Origin: Opitutaceae bacterium
GTDB taxonomy: Bacteria; Verrucomicrobiota; Verrucomicrobiia; Opitutales; Coraliomargaritaceae
Direction: 5' to 3'
DNA length: 64,000 nt
NCBI GenBank assembly: GCA_051252375.1
Contig: JBPOFY010000006.1
Coordinates: 96,001-160,000, forward strand
A model generated the notes under the pieces. That model was not told the DNA's origin, did not search any database, and worked only from the letters and a program-made list of their open reading frames with translations. Shown here one piece after another: positions 7,488-17,039 of the stretch (positions within the stretch are counted from its first letter, which is position 1; the number at the start of each line of letters is the position of its first letter). The position numbers and the translations under genes were made by a program.

Positions 7488-8009
7488 ATGAAAAAATTCA
7501 TCCTTCGCCATTCGCTTTTCGCCATCCTCCTTTCTATAGTCCTCTTCACGACTGTAGGCTGCGAAACAGTGAAGTCCGCACTCTACGAACCCGTGCCTTA
7601 CGACGAAGTCGCCGCAGAGCAAAACATCACACTCGAAGAAGCCGCTGCTCTCGGCGTCGTTCGCCCAAAGACCTCGCTCGGACCTCTCATCGAGGCCGCC
7701 ACCTCCTTCAGTCCCGTCCCAGGCACCGCACCGCTCGCCAGCTTAGTCCTGAATGGAGCCCTCGCTATCGGAGCCGTTTGGCTAGGTAAGAAGAAACGCA
7801 CTAGCGACAAAGTCACGGCCAGCCTCATTCAAGGCATCGACACCTTTCGCGACGTCCTCGATCAAACGCCCCAGGGCGACAAGATTGACACCAAGCTCAA
7901 GGCAACCCTCCGTGAACACCAGAGCGCCCTTCAGGTTCAGAAAGAGATCACCAAACTCCTCGACCGCTACACAACGCCCACAAAAACGCCGATTGATATA
8001 GACAGTTAG
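7488..8009 (+). CDS. Phage-type lipoprotein with internal transmembrane helix
   Basis: Signal peptide ending in lipobox TVGC; hydrophobic LASLVLNGALAIGAVWLG followed by KKKR; phage-like C-rich codon usage. Confidence 0.7.
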   Translation: MKKFILRHSLFAILLSIVLFTTVGCETVKSALYEPVPYDEVAAEQNITLEEAAALGVVRPKTSLGPLIEAATSFSPVPGTAPLASLVLNGALAIGAVWLGKKKRTSDKVTASLIQGIDTFRDVLDQTPQGDKIDTKLKATLREHQSALQVQKEITKLLDRYTTPTKTPIDIDS

Positions 8010-8081
8010 CGAGTTGCTCACAGTCCGTCTCCGACGAGTGGGAGGGACCCATTCTCGCCGGACCATGAACAACTCCGCAGC

Positions 8082-8252
8082 ATGAAACGGATTTACGAAC
8101 AAATCATCGACCTCCGCCCCGCGATCATCGGCACTGCTGGCACCGGTGCCACCGCATTTCTTGAAAGCGTCAACGCGGCCGTCGGCATCTTAGTAGGACT
8201 GGCTACGCTCGTTTACCTGATCGTCCGAATCCGTAAAGAGTTGATGAAGTGA
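8082..8252 (+). CDS. Small holin-like membrane protein (56 aa, not in ORF track)
   Basis: MKRIYEQIIDLRPAIIGTAGTGATAFLESVNAAVGILVGLATLVYLIVRIRKELMK: hydrophobic helices and a basic C-terminus, next to the lipoprotein gene. Confidence 0.6.
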   Translation: MKRIYEQIIDLRPAIIGTAGTGATAFLESVNAAVGILVGLATLVYLIVRIRKELMK

Positions 8253-8370
8253 TTTTTAGGTCGTGGGGAATGCATATCGCTATTGTATTAATGTAGCAAT
8301 TACATACAAAAGACACTAGTGTATGTCTTTAATACTTGACTGGGTCTAGATGATTATTCATAGGTGGGGC

Positions 8371-8952
8371 ATGAACTACACGATTGATGAACCCTGCGAA
8401 GCTATAGAAGCTCAACTGAACGTCTTAGGTGACTACCTAGATCACAAATTCGCCGATGCGAGCGATGTTTCCTACGGGCGCTATCTGATCAAACAATACG
8501 ATCGATTAGAATCCGCTCAAAAACTACTGACCGCTCTCAAGGGAATCATCGATGATGTGCTCGAGGATGAAGACCTGAGGTCTTACAAAGAGTCAGAGGC
8601 AACAGAAGTCCGCAGTCCTCAACTTAGAAAGTTTTCCGTTTCGATATCGGAGGGCATGATTAAGCAAAATCTCCTTACTCTGACCGAAGCAAAGAAACGG
8701 GGATTGGTCAAAGAAGGAGAATACTTTACAATCACGCCTGACAGCGGTGAGAGATTTGAAACGAAATTACTATCTGCAGGAAACAGACTTCAAGAGCGGG
8801 GTAAGATAGCAGCCTTTTACAAAACTCATGCTGTTGAGGATGGTGATCGTGTCATCATGGAAGAAGTAAAGCCTGGTCACTGGAGGCTTTACTTGGACGA
8901 GGTCTACAGAAAAGCGCTAGCAAAGGCACTTGAAGATGTTTTGAATTTATAG
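8371..8952 (+). CDS. Hypothetical protein, possible C-terminal B3/EcoRII-N-like DNA-binding barrel
   Basis: ORF 8350/8371-8952; C-terminal FSVSISEG...IAAFYK...EDGDRVIMEEV..GHWRL pattern. Confidence 0.55.
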   Translation: MNYTIDEPCEAIEAQLNVLGDYLDHKFADASDVSYGRYLIKQYDRLESAQKLLTALKGIIDDVLEDEDLRSYKESEATEVRSPQLRKFSVSISEGMIKQNLLTLTEAKKRGLVKEGEYFTITPDSGERFETKLLSAGNRLQERGKIAAFYKTHAVEDGDRVIMEEVKPGHWRLYLDEVYRKALAKALEDVLNL

Positions 8953-9141
8953 GTCGGTGGCGCCGGGCGGAAGATGGCGCTGGGGAGTCCGGACACTCGG
9001 GATAAGCATTCAGGCCGCAGTGAATTGCTAAAAGCCCCAATAATCTTCCGACTGCGGAGAATTTATAACTAACAAAAGAGCCATAATGCGTAAAACGAAA
9101 CAACAATTCTCATGCTATGATCTGTGGAAGTAGGGTAATGC

Positions 9142-9660
9142 TTATATGGCAAAGCGACTTATCGGGTATTCTGCCATGAATTCTTTTATGAATGCCAGCG
9201 AAGCCTTCAACTTATTCGGGCAGTAGACGTCACCGTGAAACATAGGATTCCGCACATCGCAGATGTGTGTCTTTATACTCTCGTATTTCTCGCGTGATAG
9301 CACATTCGCACTTCTAAGCTTTTTTACTAAATTGAGCAGTCCACGTTTTGGCGGATCTGCTTTAAAGCGTAACGAGCACATTTCTGTTATGTGGCGCTCA
9401 AAAGCTGTGAAGGCCAGCATGCCAGCTACATCATTTTCTGTTGGCAAGAATTCGAATGCTCGGCTGAGTCGCTGTGCATTATCGTGATTCTTATCTTCGA
9501 TTAAAAATCGCTCGATTGTCTTTGAGCTGAAGGCATCGGGGGCGATTTCTTGAGACTTAAGGACTGAATATTGTCTCTTTAAATAAGTATAGCTAATCGC
9601 TGCGAGACCTATTGTTGCCGCGATGGATGCGATATAATGAATAGCTTTTCTCTTGCTCAT
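9142..9660 (-). CDS. Membrane-anchored HEPN-domain protein (putative RNase toxin/anti-phage)
   Basis: N-terminal TM helix (IASIAATIGLAAISYTYL), AFE helix, and Rx4H motif RNPMFH. Confidence 0.65.
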   Translation of the reverse strand: MSKRKAIHYIASIAATIGLAAISYTYLKRQYSVLKSQEIAPDAFSSKTIERFLIEDKNHDNAQRLSRAFEFLPTENDVAGMLAFTAFERHITEMCSLRFKADPPKRGLLNLVKKLRSANVLSREKYESIKTHICDVRNPMFHGDVYCPNKLKASLAFIKEFMAEYPISRFAI

Positions 9661-9947
9661 TTCGATGCACGTTATAACAATACCTTCGTTGTTATCAAGA
9701 GCTACATACTTGTGACGTGGGATTTCTTTTTCACGTTCAGTAACTCAACGAAAGATAACAATGAAAGAAGATACATATATGATCGGTGCGCTCGATAAAG
9801 GGCCAGGTGGATTGCCTAGTAAGAATACAGGGAAGAAGTCTGGACCTGGTCGTGACGTCCGACCTCCTCGGCCGGGGAAGACACCTCCTCCAGCTAAGAA
9901 AAAATAAGTAGCCTTCGACGGCCATCGGAGAAATCTGGTGGTCGTTT

Positions 9948-11222
9948 TTATTTCGTTGTTTTCGTCGCCACATATCGCCCATCCTTCTTCTCCATCTTGG
10001 GTAAGTCTTCACCTGCAGGCACAATCGACCAAAAAACGTCCGCCTCCTCGACGCTCTTGAGGTCAAGGTAGTGCTTGCGGATCACGGCTTCAGAATTGCC
10101 CGCCTGGAGCGAGGCATCGCCCACCGACCGGAAGGCCCCGACCGTCATTGAAATAAACGTGTGACGCATCACGTCATGCGTCAGTTCTCGTTTCTTTCGC
10201 ACATCCACCCATAGGTCACGGAAGCGGCGAGGCGGAATAATTGGGTATTCATCTAGTGGATACGCTTCCAGCCATTTCTTTAAGTTGGGCTGGATCTTCA
10301 CGGTGCGTTTCTCGTTCACCTTCGACGCCTCGGGCTCGATCAAGATCACTTCCGTATCGAATCGAAAGTCTTTCGCTTGCAGCTTCTTGATTTCGCCATC
10401 CTTCCAGTCGGGGCGAATGCCCGCGAACAAGGTTAGAGCATAGTAGGGCACCATGCAGCCAGGCTTTCCCCAGAACGTGCCGTCCTTGTTCTCCGGCCCT
10501 TTGTAGGTCTCCAGCCACTCCATGAAGTCGGAGGCTTCCTTGGCGCTCAGCGTGTCCGCTGTGCCGCGCGCCTTCTTCACTTTGAACTTTGGCACTTCGA
10601 GGATGACATCCTCAGCCACATACTTTTTCGAGAGGCAGTATTTAAAGAACGTGCTCAAGTAGCCCCGGCGATTGTTCCAGGTCTTGAGCGAGGGCACGGC
10701 TTTCGATCGACCGAGTGGGGCATCCAAATATTCCCGAATCTCGTCGGCGTGGATTTCGCCAACAATGCGATCAGCATAATAGCGACTAAACTTTCCCATT
10801 TCGATCCCGATCGCCCGTTCTTGGCGACGAGAGATCAGCCCGCGCTCAAACTCTTTGGTCTTCTCGCTGGTGTATTCTTCTACTGCCGCCTCGACCGACA
10901 TCGACTCAGCAGCTTCCTTGTAATGCTCAAGGAAGTATTTAACCGCGAACGTCAGAGGCTTGGTCGATCCAGAACGCTTGAGCATATTGACCGCCGCGAT
11001 CGCTTCACGGTTCTGGTCATGGGTGAGGGTAGTCCAGACCGTCTGGCCTTCGGACTCGCCGTTGAGAAATTCGATTTCAAGCTCTTGGCGGTATTCGGCA
11101 GCAGCCGAGCGCGTCTTGAAATTTTTACGGATGGACTTGCCATCGAGGGTCCCGGAAACCCGAAAAGCCTTCGTGCCGGAAGTGTTGACGAAGGGAGTTA
11201 TTTTGAAGCGGTGTTTGGACAT
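9948..11222 (-). CDS. int: Tyrosine recombinase/phage integrase
   Basis: FAGIRP (R), SKVNEKR (K), HDVMRH (HxxxRH), AGNS...IRKHY (Y); N-terminal arm-binding-like domain; adjacent to ssrA 3' end. Confidence 0.92.
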   Translation of the reverse strand: MSKHRFKITPFVNTSGTKAFRVSGTLDGKSIRKNFKTRSAAAEYRQELEIEFLNGESEGQTVWTTLTHDQNREAIAAVNMLKRSGSTKPLTFAVKYFLEHYKEAAESMSVEAAVEEYTSEKTKEFERGLISRRQERAIGIEMGKFSRYYADRIVGEIHADEIREYLDAPLGRSKAVPSLKTWNNRRGYLSTFFKYCLSKKYVAEDVILEVPKFKVKKARGTADTLSAKEASDFMEWLETYKGPENKDGTFWGKPGCMVPYYALTLFAGIRPDWKDGEIKKLQAKDFRFDTEVILIEPEASKVNEKRTVKIQPNLKKWLEAYPLDEYPIIPPRRFRDLWVDVRKKRELTHDVMRHTFISMTVGAFRSVGDASLQAGNSEAVIRKHYLDLKSVEEADVFWSIVPAGEDLPKMEKKDGRYVATKTTK

Positions 11223-11288
11223 GGTGGTAAAAAAGTTGTAGGTTTGAATCTGCAACTTTATGCCATACCCGCATAAACACTAGCCTAA

Positions 11289-11636
<348 letters not shown>

Positions 11637-11843
11637 TTTTGAAAAGCTGAAATCTGAAAGCTAAAAAGCTGACAGGTGGCTAATACCAAATTTTGGAATT
11701 TTTTGGAAAGAACTTGGTCCGCGTATTGCGGAGGTTCTCTCAAAGAACAGTCAGGTAATATGCTGTGGCTTGTTGGAAATAGCAAGCTTGGTGGTTGGCT
11801 TTTCTGTCTGGCTTTGGCGAGACTTTGAGTTACTCATCATTAT

Positions 11844-12341
11844 ATGCAATTTTCACGGCGTCGTTTTTTATGGGGAAGCCTCTTGGTGGGCTGTGCTTCG
11901 CTGGTGGGGCGTTTGCGGGGGCAGTCGGTCAGTTCGGATGATTTGACGTCTTGCATGCAAGCCTGGGTAGAGACTTTGGTGCCAACGGATGCTTTGAGTT
12001 CGGGGGCCGGGAGTCTGATGATTCACCTGAAAGTCATCGAGAAAGCGGATGGAAATACGCAGTATCGACGCTTGTTGGAGATGGGGGTGATTTGGGCGAA
12101 TGCCGCGGCGAAACGGCATGGTGCTACGAGCTTTGCAGCATTGAAACCGGAACAAGCCGAGGTAGTGGTCGCTGAAGCGGAAGCCTCAGGGCTTAACGCA
12201 GTATCCGGGTTGTTTTTTTATCATACTCTGCGTGATACGAAGTTTTATTATTACTTAGACGCGGCCTCTTGGCCTGGTGTGGGCTTCCCGCACACACCGC
12301 AACCTATGGGCTTTATGGATTTTACGGAGGCTCCGAAATGA
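11844..12341 (+). CDS. Tat-exported gluconate-2-dehydrogenase subunit 3-like protein
   Basis: SRRRFL twin-arginine signal; ETLVP.D...GA motif; ATGA overlap with the GMC gene. Confidence 0.8.
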   Translation: MQFSRRRFLWGSLLVGCASLVGRLRGQSVSSDDLTSCMQAWVETLVPTDALSSGAGSLMIHLKVIEKADGNTQYRRLLEMGVIWANAAAKRHGATSFAALKPEQAEVVVAEAEASGLNAVSGLFFYHTLRDTKFYYYLDAASWPGVGFPHTPQPMGFMDFTEAPK

Positions 12342-13978
12342 GTGCGCAGGAATACGATGTGGTGATCGTCGGCTCGGGTGCCGGTGGTGGGACGATGGCC
12401 TATGCGTTGTCGAAGCATAAGCTGCGCGTTTTGGTTTTAGAGGCGGGCCCAGTGTTTAATCCGTTTACTGATTTTAAACTGCACAAGACGAGTTGGGAGG
12501 CGCAGTATTTCCCTCATAAACCAACTTCGGAGGGGCGCTATATTTATGCTCCGATGCAGGCGTTGGACTCTAAATGGGATGATCTGCTTTCGTGGAATTC
12601 GATTATCGGACGTATGAACCGTAAGGGGCAGCGTGAGGCGTATAAGTATCATCATGTCCGCGGTGTGGGTGGTTCGACTTTAACGTTTACCGGAGAATCG
12701 CATCGTATGCATCCTGAAGCGATGGCGATGCAGTCGCGCTTCGGTGTGGCGGCGGACTGGCCGATGGATTATGCGGCATTGGAGCCTTTTTATTGCGAGG
12801 CAGAACGTGTGATTGGAGTGGCTGGTCCAGAAGCGGCTGACGTGCGTTGGCGCAGTGAGCCTTATCCGCAACCGGCGCACCCTTTGAGCTATGCGAGTCA
12901 GCACACCAAGACGGCGGCCGAGTCGTTGGGACTTTCATGGGAGCCGAATGCACGGGCAGCATTGTCAAAGTCGATGGATGGGCGCCCGAGTTGTAACTAT
13001 TGCGGGAATTGCACCCGTGGTTGTCCACGCACGGACAAAGGTAGTGTGGATGTGACCTTCATGCGCAAAGCCACGGCGAGTGGTTTTTGCACGGTGCGCA
13101 CGGGTGTGACAGTGACGCGGATCGAATCGACTAAGAGTGATACGGTGCGCGGGGTGCATGTTGTGAATGCGGAAGGAGCGGCTGAATTTATCGAGACGGC
13201 ACAGCTGGTTGTTTCTTGTGGTGCGGTCGAGACCCCGCGTTTGCTGTTAGTCTCAGATGGTCTGGCGAATGAGTCGGGGCTAGTTGGGCGCAACTTCATG
13301 GAAACGCTGTCGTGGTCCTGTAGTGGTTTGAGTGAGACACCGCTCGGCAGTTATCGCGGTTTGCCGGCTGATAGTGTTTGTTGGGATTTTAATGCGCCCG
13401 ATGCAGTTGATGGGATCATCGGCGGATGTCGTTTTTCAGAAGGTGTGCATGAGGCGGGCTTGAATGGTCCTCAGTCCTATGCCAATCGTGTGATTGGTGG
13501 TTGGGGAAAGGCGCATAAGGAAGCGATGCGCGAAGCCTTTGGTAATGTGCTGACAATTGCTGCAATAGGGGAGTCGCTGCCGAATGCGGGTAGCTACGTC
13601 GATTTGGATCCGGAGGCGGTGGACGCGAATGGAATACCTTTAGCGCGGATACATAGTGAGCTTGAAGAGTCAGAACTGAAGCGTCTGCAGTTCATGGCGA
13701 ACAAATCACGCGAAATCGTTCAAGCAGCAGGAGTGAAGAAACTCGTCGAAGAGTATGGGAGCTACGATTATTTCAGCAGCACGCACGTCTTTGGCACCTG
13801 CCTTATGGGCACCGATGCTTCGACTTCGGTGGTGGACTCGTATGGACGAAGCCATCGCTATAAGAATTTGACGCTGATGGATGCGAGTATCTTTCCGAGT
13901 TCTGGCGGGGGCGAGTCGCCTTCACTGACGATTGAGGCGCTGGCTTTAAGAAGTGCGCAGCAGTTTGTTCGCGGGTGA
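12338..13978 (+). CDS. GMC-family FAD oxidoreductase (sugar/glycoside dehydrogenase large subunit)
   Basis: YDVVIVGSGAGG FAD motif, GVGGST, Cys cluster CNYCGNCTRGC, catalytic THVFGT. Confidence 0.9.
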   Translation: MSAQEYDVVIVGSGAGGGTMAYALSKHKLRVLVLEAGPVFNPFTDFKLHKTSWEAQYFPHKPTSEGRYIYAPMQALDSKWDDLLSWNSIIGRMNRKGQREAYKYHHVRGVGGSTLTFTGESHRMHPEAMAMQSRFGVAADWPMDYAALEPFYCEAERVIGVAGPEAADVRWRSEPYPQPAHPLSYASQHTKTAAESLGLSWEPNARAALSKSMDGRPSCNYCGNCTRGCPRTDKGSVDVTFMRKATASGFCTVRTGVTVTRIESTKSDTVRGVHVVNAEGAAEFIETAQLVVSCGAVETPRLLLVSDGLANESGLVGRNFMETLSWSCSGLSETPLGSYRGLPADSVCWDFNAPDAVDGIIGGCRFSEGVHEAGLNGPQSYANRVIGGWGKAHKEAMREAFGNVLTIAAIGESLPNAGSYVDLDPEAVDANGIPLARIHSELEESELKRLQFMANKSREIVQAAGVKKLVEEYGSYDYFSSTHVFGTCLMGTDASTSVVDSYGRSHRYKNLTLMDASIFPSSGGGESPSLTIEALALRSAQQFVRG

Positions 13979-14015
13979 GGGGAATGAGGGTTGGTAGATG
14001 AATCGGCAATGGGAT

Positions 14016-14248
14016 GGCGGTCGGGGCGACCGCCGCTACCTTTGGACAGCCGGTGATGATGGAACATATTTGGTAGGGACGCCTGCCCCTAGGCGTCCGC
14101 TTTTCTTCAGCATCGGACGCCTGAGGGCAGGCGTCCCTACCTTTATTAAACAGATCACGTCACAGAGTGACGTGGCTACAGCATTCGTATAATTGCTTGT
14201 ATGGGGATTATTGACGGTGGGCGGCGATGACGGAGCATCGCCCTCCAG
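14016..14248. repeat. Cluster of REP-like palindromes (four families, GTAG/GGAG feet)
   Basis: Hairpins at 14016-14040, inverted pair 14072-14141, 14153-14180 and 14222-14248, with copies elsewhere in the window. Confidence 0.8.
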
Positions 14249-14255
14249 TAGGCTA

Positions 14256-14519
14256 TTATTGCTCTTTTGACTGCGCGGCTAGGAGCTCTTTGAGGGCTTC
14301 TTTTTTGCTGGGGTCGAGTTTTGGGCGGGCGGCTTCGATCTCTTCTTCGTGTTCGCGGAAGCAGCGGCACATATCCTGCGATTCCATGACCTGTTTGTTG
14401 AATTTTCCGCAGAAAAAGCAGAGTTTTACGTGCAACTTTAGGAAGAACTTTCGCATCGGTGAAAGCTTTTCGTAGTCCTCTTTGGATAAAGATTGGGAGA
14501 CTTGTTTACAGGTAAGCAT
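14256..14519 (-). CDS. Zinc-finger (ZAS, HxxxCxxC) anti-sigma factor
   Basis: MLTCKQVS...LHVKLCFFC; directly downstream of the ECF sigma gene. Confidence 0.85.
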   Translation of the reverse strand: MLTCKQVSQSLSKEDYEKLSPMRKFFLKLHVKLCFFCGKFNKQVMESQDMCRCFREHEEEIEAARPKLDPSKKEALKELLAAQSKEQ

Positions 14520-14530
14520 TTAGTATTGAA

Positions 14531-15124
14531 TTAGTTAGCGTCTTTTCCGGTCCATTTAGCTTCGAGCGACACTTTGAGTTGTTCTCTCGCTCGATGCAAT
14601 AAAACCCAGAGATAATTCGGAGTTACATCCATAACCTTACAAACTTCTTCAGTAGTTTGATCTTCAAGCACTCGCAGGACAAAGGCTTCGCGAGCGGGAT
14701 CTTTGACTTCGTCGATACATTCTTGGAAAACGACCCAGAATTCGGTGTTGTCGTAATATTTACGTGGATTGAATTGCCATGGGTCTGGGTTGGTCGTGGC
14801 GATACCGCTGTATTTGAACCAGAAACTTTCCAAGAGGCTTTCGTCTTCGGCGTCGATATCGACTTTGTTTTCTTTGATCGATTTACGGATTTGATCGACG
14901 ATTTTGTTGCGCATGATGCCGCGCAGCCAGAACTTGATGTCGCGACTGCCGTCGAATCGTTCGAGTGCTTTGATGCCGGCTAGAAAGGTGTCCTGCACGC
15001 AGTCGGCTGCGGCTTCGGGGTTGCGCAAGCGCGACATGGCAAAACCATACAGGTAGTCGCCATAGCGATCCACCCATGTCTCGGGTGGGGCGATTTCAAC
15101 TGCTGGTTGTTTGGGATTGGTCAT
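14531..15124 (-). CDS. ECF RNA polymerase sigma factor
   Basis: Region 2 (AADCVQDTF...WLRGIMRNKIVD) and region 4 (REAFVLR...EEVC..M.VT.NYLWVLLHRAR). Confidence 0.92.
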   Translation of the reverse strand: MTNPKQPAVEIAPPETWVDRYGDYLYGFAMSRLRNPEAAADCVQDTFLAGIKALERFDGSRDIKFWLRGIMRNKIVDQIRKSIKENKVDIDAEDESLLESFWFKYSGIATTNPDPWQFNPRKYYDNTEFWVVFQECIDEVKDPAREAFVLRVLEDQTTEEVCKVMDVTPNYLWVLLHRAREQLKVSLEAKWTGKDAN

Positions 15125-15148
15125 GCTTTATGTGCAGTTTGCCGATTG

Positions 15149-16897
15149 TTATTCGGAGTGCACTGTTTTTGCCTGTTTATCATATAGGCTCCGATAGAGC
15201 TCATTGGTAGGATAAAGTTCCTTGTGTGGTCCGGTTGCGATGATCTCGCCTTCGTTGAACACGAGTATGCGATCCGCATGTTGAATCGTGCTGAAGCGGT
15301 GCGCAATAATCAGGACGGTGCGACCTTTGGAGAGTGTCTCCAGTGCTGCCTGGATTTGGTGCTCACTTTCTGCATCCAGCGCGGAGGTGGGCTCGTCGAG
15401 GATGATGATTGGAGCATCCTTCAGGAATGCACGCGCGATGGAGACGCGTTGGCGTTGCCCGCCTGATAGGCGAGAGCCGCGCTCACCGACTTCTGTATCG
15501 TAGCCGTCATCTTGTGCTTCAATGAAGTCGTGTGCGTTGGCCATACGGGCGGCCTCGTGGATTTCTTCGATCGTCGCGTCGGGTTTGCCGATACGTATAT
15601 TGTTGGCGATGGAATCGCTGAAGAGAATGGCCTCCTGCGAGACGAGTGCGACCTGGCCGCGCAGATCAGATTTCAGGACATCTTTGATGTCGACGCCATC
15701 GATCAGTATCGAGCCCTCGATTGGGTCGTAAAAGCGCGGCACTAAGTTTGCGAAAGTGGATTTACCTGCACCACTGGGACCGACTAGCGCAATGACTTCG
15801 CCGGCTTCAATTTTGACGTTCACGGATTTTAAGACGACCTCTTCGTCGTAACTGAAGTTTACATTCTTAAATGAGATGTCCTTGCTTATCCTAGGAAGGG
15901 GTTGTGGTTCTTGAGTCTCCGGGACGGTGTCTTCTGTATGTAGAATGTATTCGAGGCGATCGAGTGAGGCTTCGGCTTGGCGAACGGAATTGGAGACTGC
16001 GCCTAATTTCTTGATTGGTTCGTAGCACATATAGAGTGCGGTGAGAATCGAGGCGATGACTTCAGGCTGTATGTTTTTTACGATCGCAATGTAGAGCGTG
16101 AAGACGATGGCAATGGCAGAAACTAGCTCAATTAAAGGCGTCAGAATCTTATTATACTTTACGGTCTTCAGTGTGTATTTGAAAAAGGCCACACAAGCAT
16201 TGGAGAAGCGGTCGATTTCCTTTTGTTCTAAGCTATATGCTCGAACTTCACGAGTGGATGAAAAGTTTTCGTTGAGAATACCGTTTAGTTCACCGGCCTG
16301 TGCTTGGGCTTGTCCTGCTTTCTTTAATATTTTCTTGCCGATCACTTTAATCGGAAGGACGCATGCGGGCACTGTCGCAATGGCGATGAGCATGAAGATC
16401 GCTTCTGATTCTGTGACTGACAGATAGATCAGAAAGCTAATTGCGCTGATCAGTGTCGCCGGCTCTTTAATCAAACTATTGACCGAAGTGATGATGGCAG
16501 TTTGCAGAACAGTTGTATCACCGACGACCCGACTCATGAGGTCACCTACATTGTTTTTACTGAAGAACGAGAGTGGGAGAAATTGAATTTTCTTAAACAC
16601 CATTGCACGCACTTGTTCCAGCACGTGCATGCCCGCAAACGCCATATAGTAGGCGTTTAGGAACGTCCCTGCTGCGCGGAGTGCAAATACAACTGGGATC
16701 GACGCTAAAATGAGGGCAAGTGTGGCACCCGTTGGTGCATCATCGCTCGTGACCAATGGCACGAGGAATTTAATCACGAAAGGTAAGCCAGCGCCTGAGG
16801 CCGCGGCTGCGATAATGCCACAGAACAAGCCGAACCCGAACTGGAGGCGGACGGGCTTTAATAAACTAAAATACGGGCCGAAGCGTTTACGTAACAT
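15149..16897 (-). CDS. msbA: MsbA-like lipid A export ABC transporter (TMD+NBD)
   Basis: Six-TM N-terminus, [28 protein letters not shown]; divergent from the lipid A acyltransferase. Confidence 0.8.
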   Translation of the reverse strand: MLRKRFGPYFSLLKPVRLQFGFGLFCGIIAAAASGAGLPFVIKFLVPLVTSDDAPTGATLALILASIPVVFALRAAGTFLNAYYMAFAGMHVLEQVRAMVFKKIQFLPLSFFSKNNVGDLMSRVVGDTTVLQTAIITSVNSLIKEPATLISAISFLIYLSVTESEAIFMLIAIATVPACVLPIKVIGKKILKKAGQAQAQAGELNGILNENFSSTREVRAYSLEQKEIDRFSNACVAFFKYTLKTVKYNKILTPLIELVSAIAIVFTLYIAIVKNIQPEVIASILTALYMCYEPIKKLGAVSNSVRQAEASLDRLEYILHTEDTVPETQEPQPLPRISKDISFKNVNFSYDEEVVLKSVNVKIEAGEVIALVGPSGAGKSTFANLVPRFYDPIEGSILIDGVDIKDVLKSDLRGQVALVSQEAILFSDSIANNIRIGKPDATIEEIHEAARMANAHDFIEAQDDGYDTEVGERGSRLSGGQRQRVSIARAFLKDAPIIILDEPTSALDAESEHQIQAALETLSKGRTVLIIAHRFSTIQHADRILVFNEGEIIATGPHKELYPTNELYRSLYDKQAKTVHSE

Positions 16898-17039
16898 TAC
16901 TTAAGGAGCTTGATAAGACGGTTCTATCGATAAATATTCTTAGAGAATAATCATCTATTCATCACAGAACTCGTTAATTGTGTCGAGAGTCATTCTGGGG
17001 ATGTCCATTGTGAGATAAACGCTTTCTAATACACCATTT

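Noticed and set aside
14016..14248. CRISPR array
   Set aside because: Repeats are different palindromes without constant repeat-spacer periodicity, and no cas genes are present.
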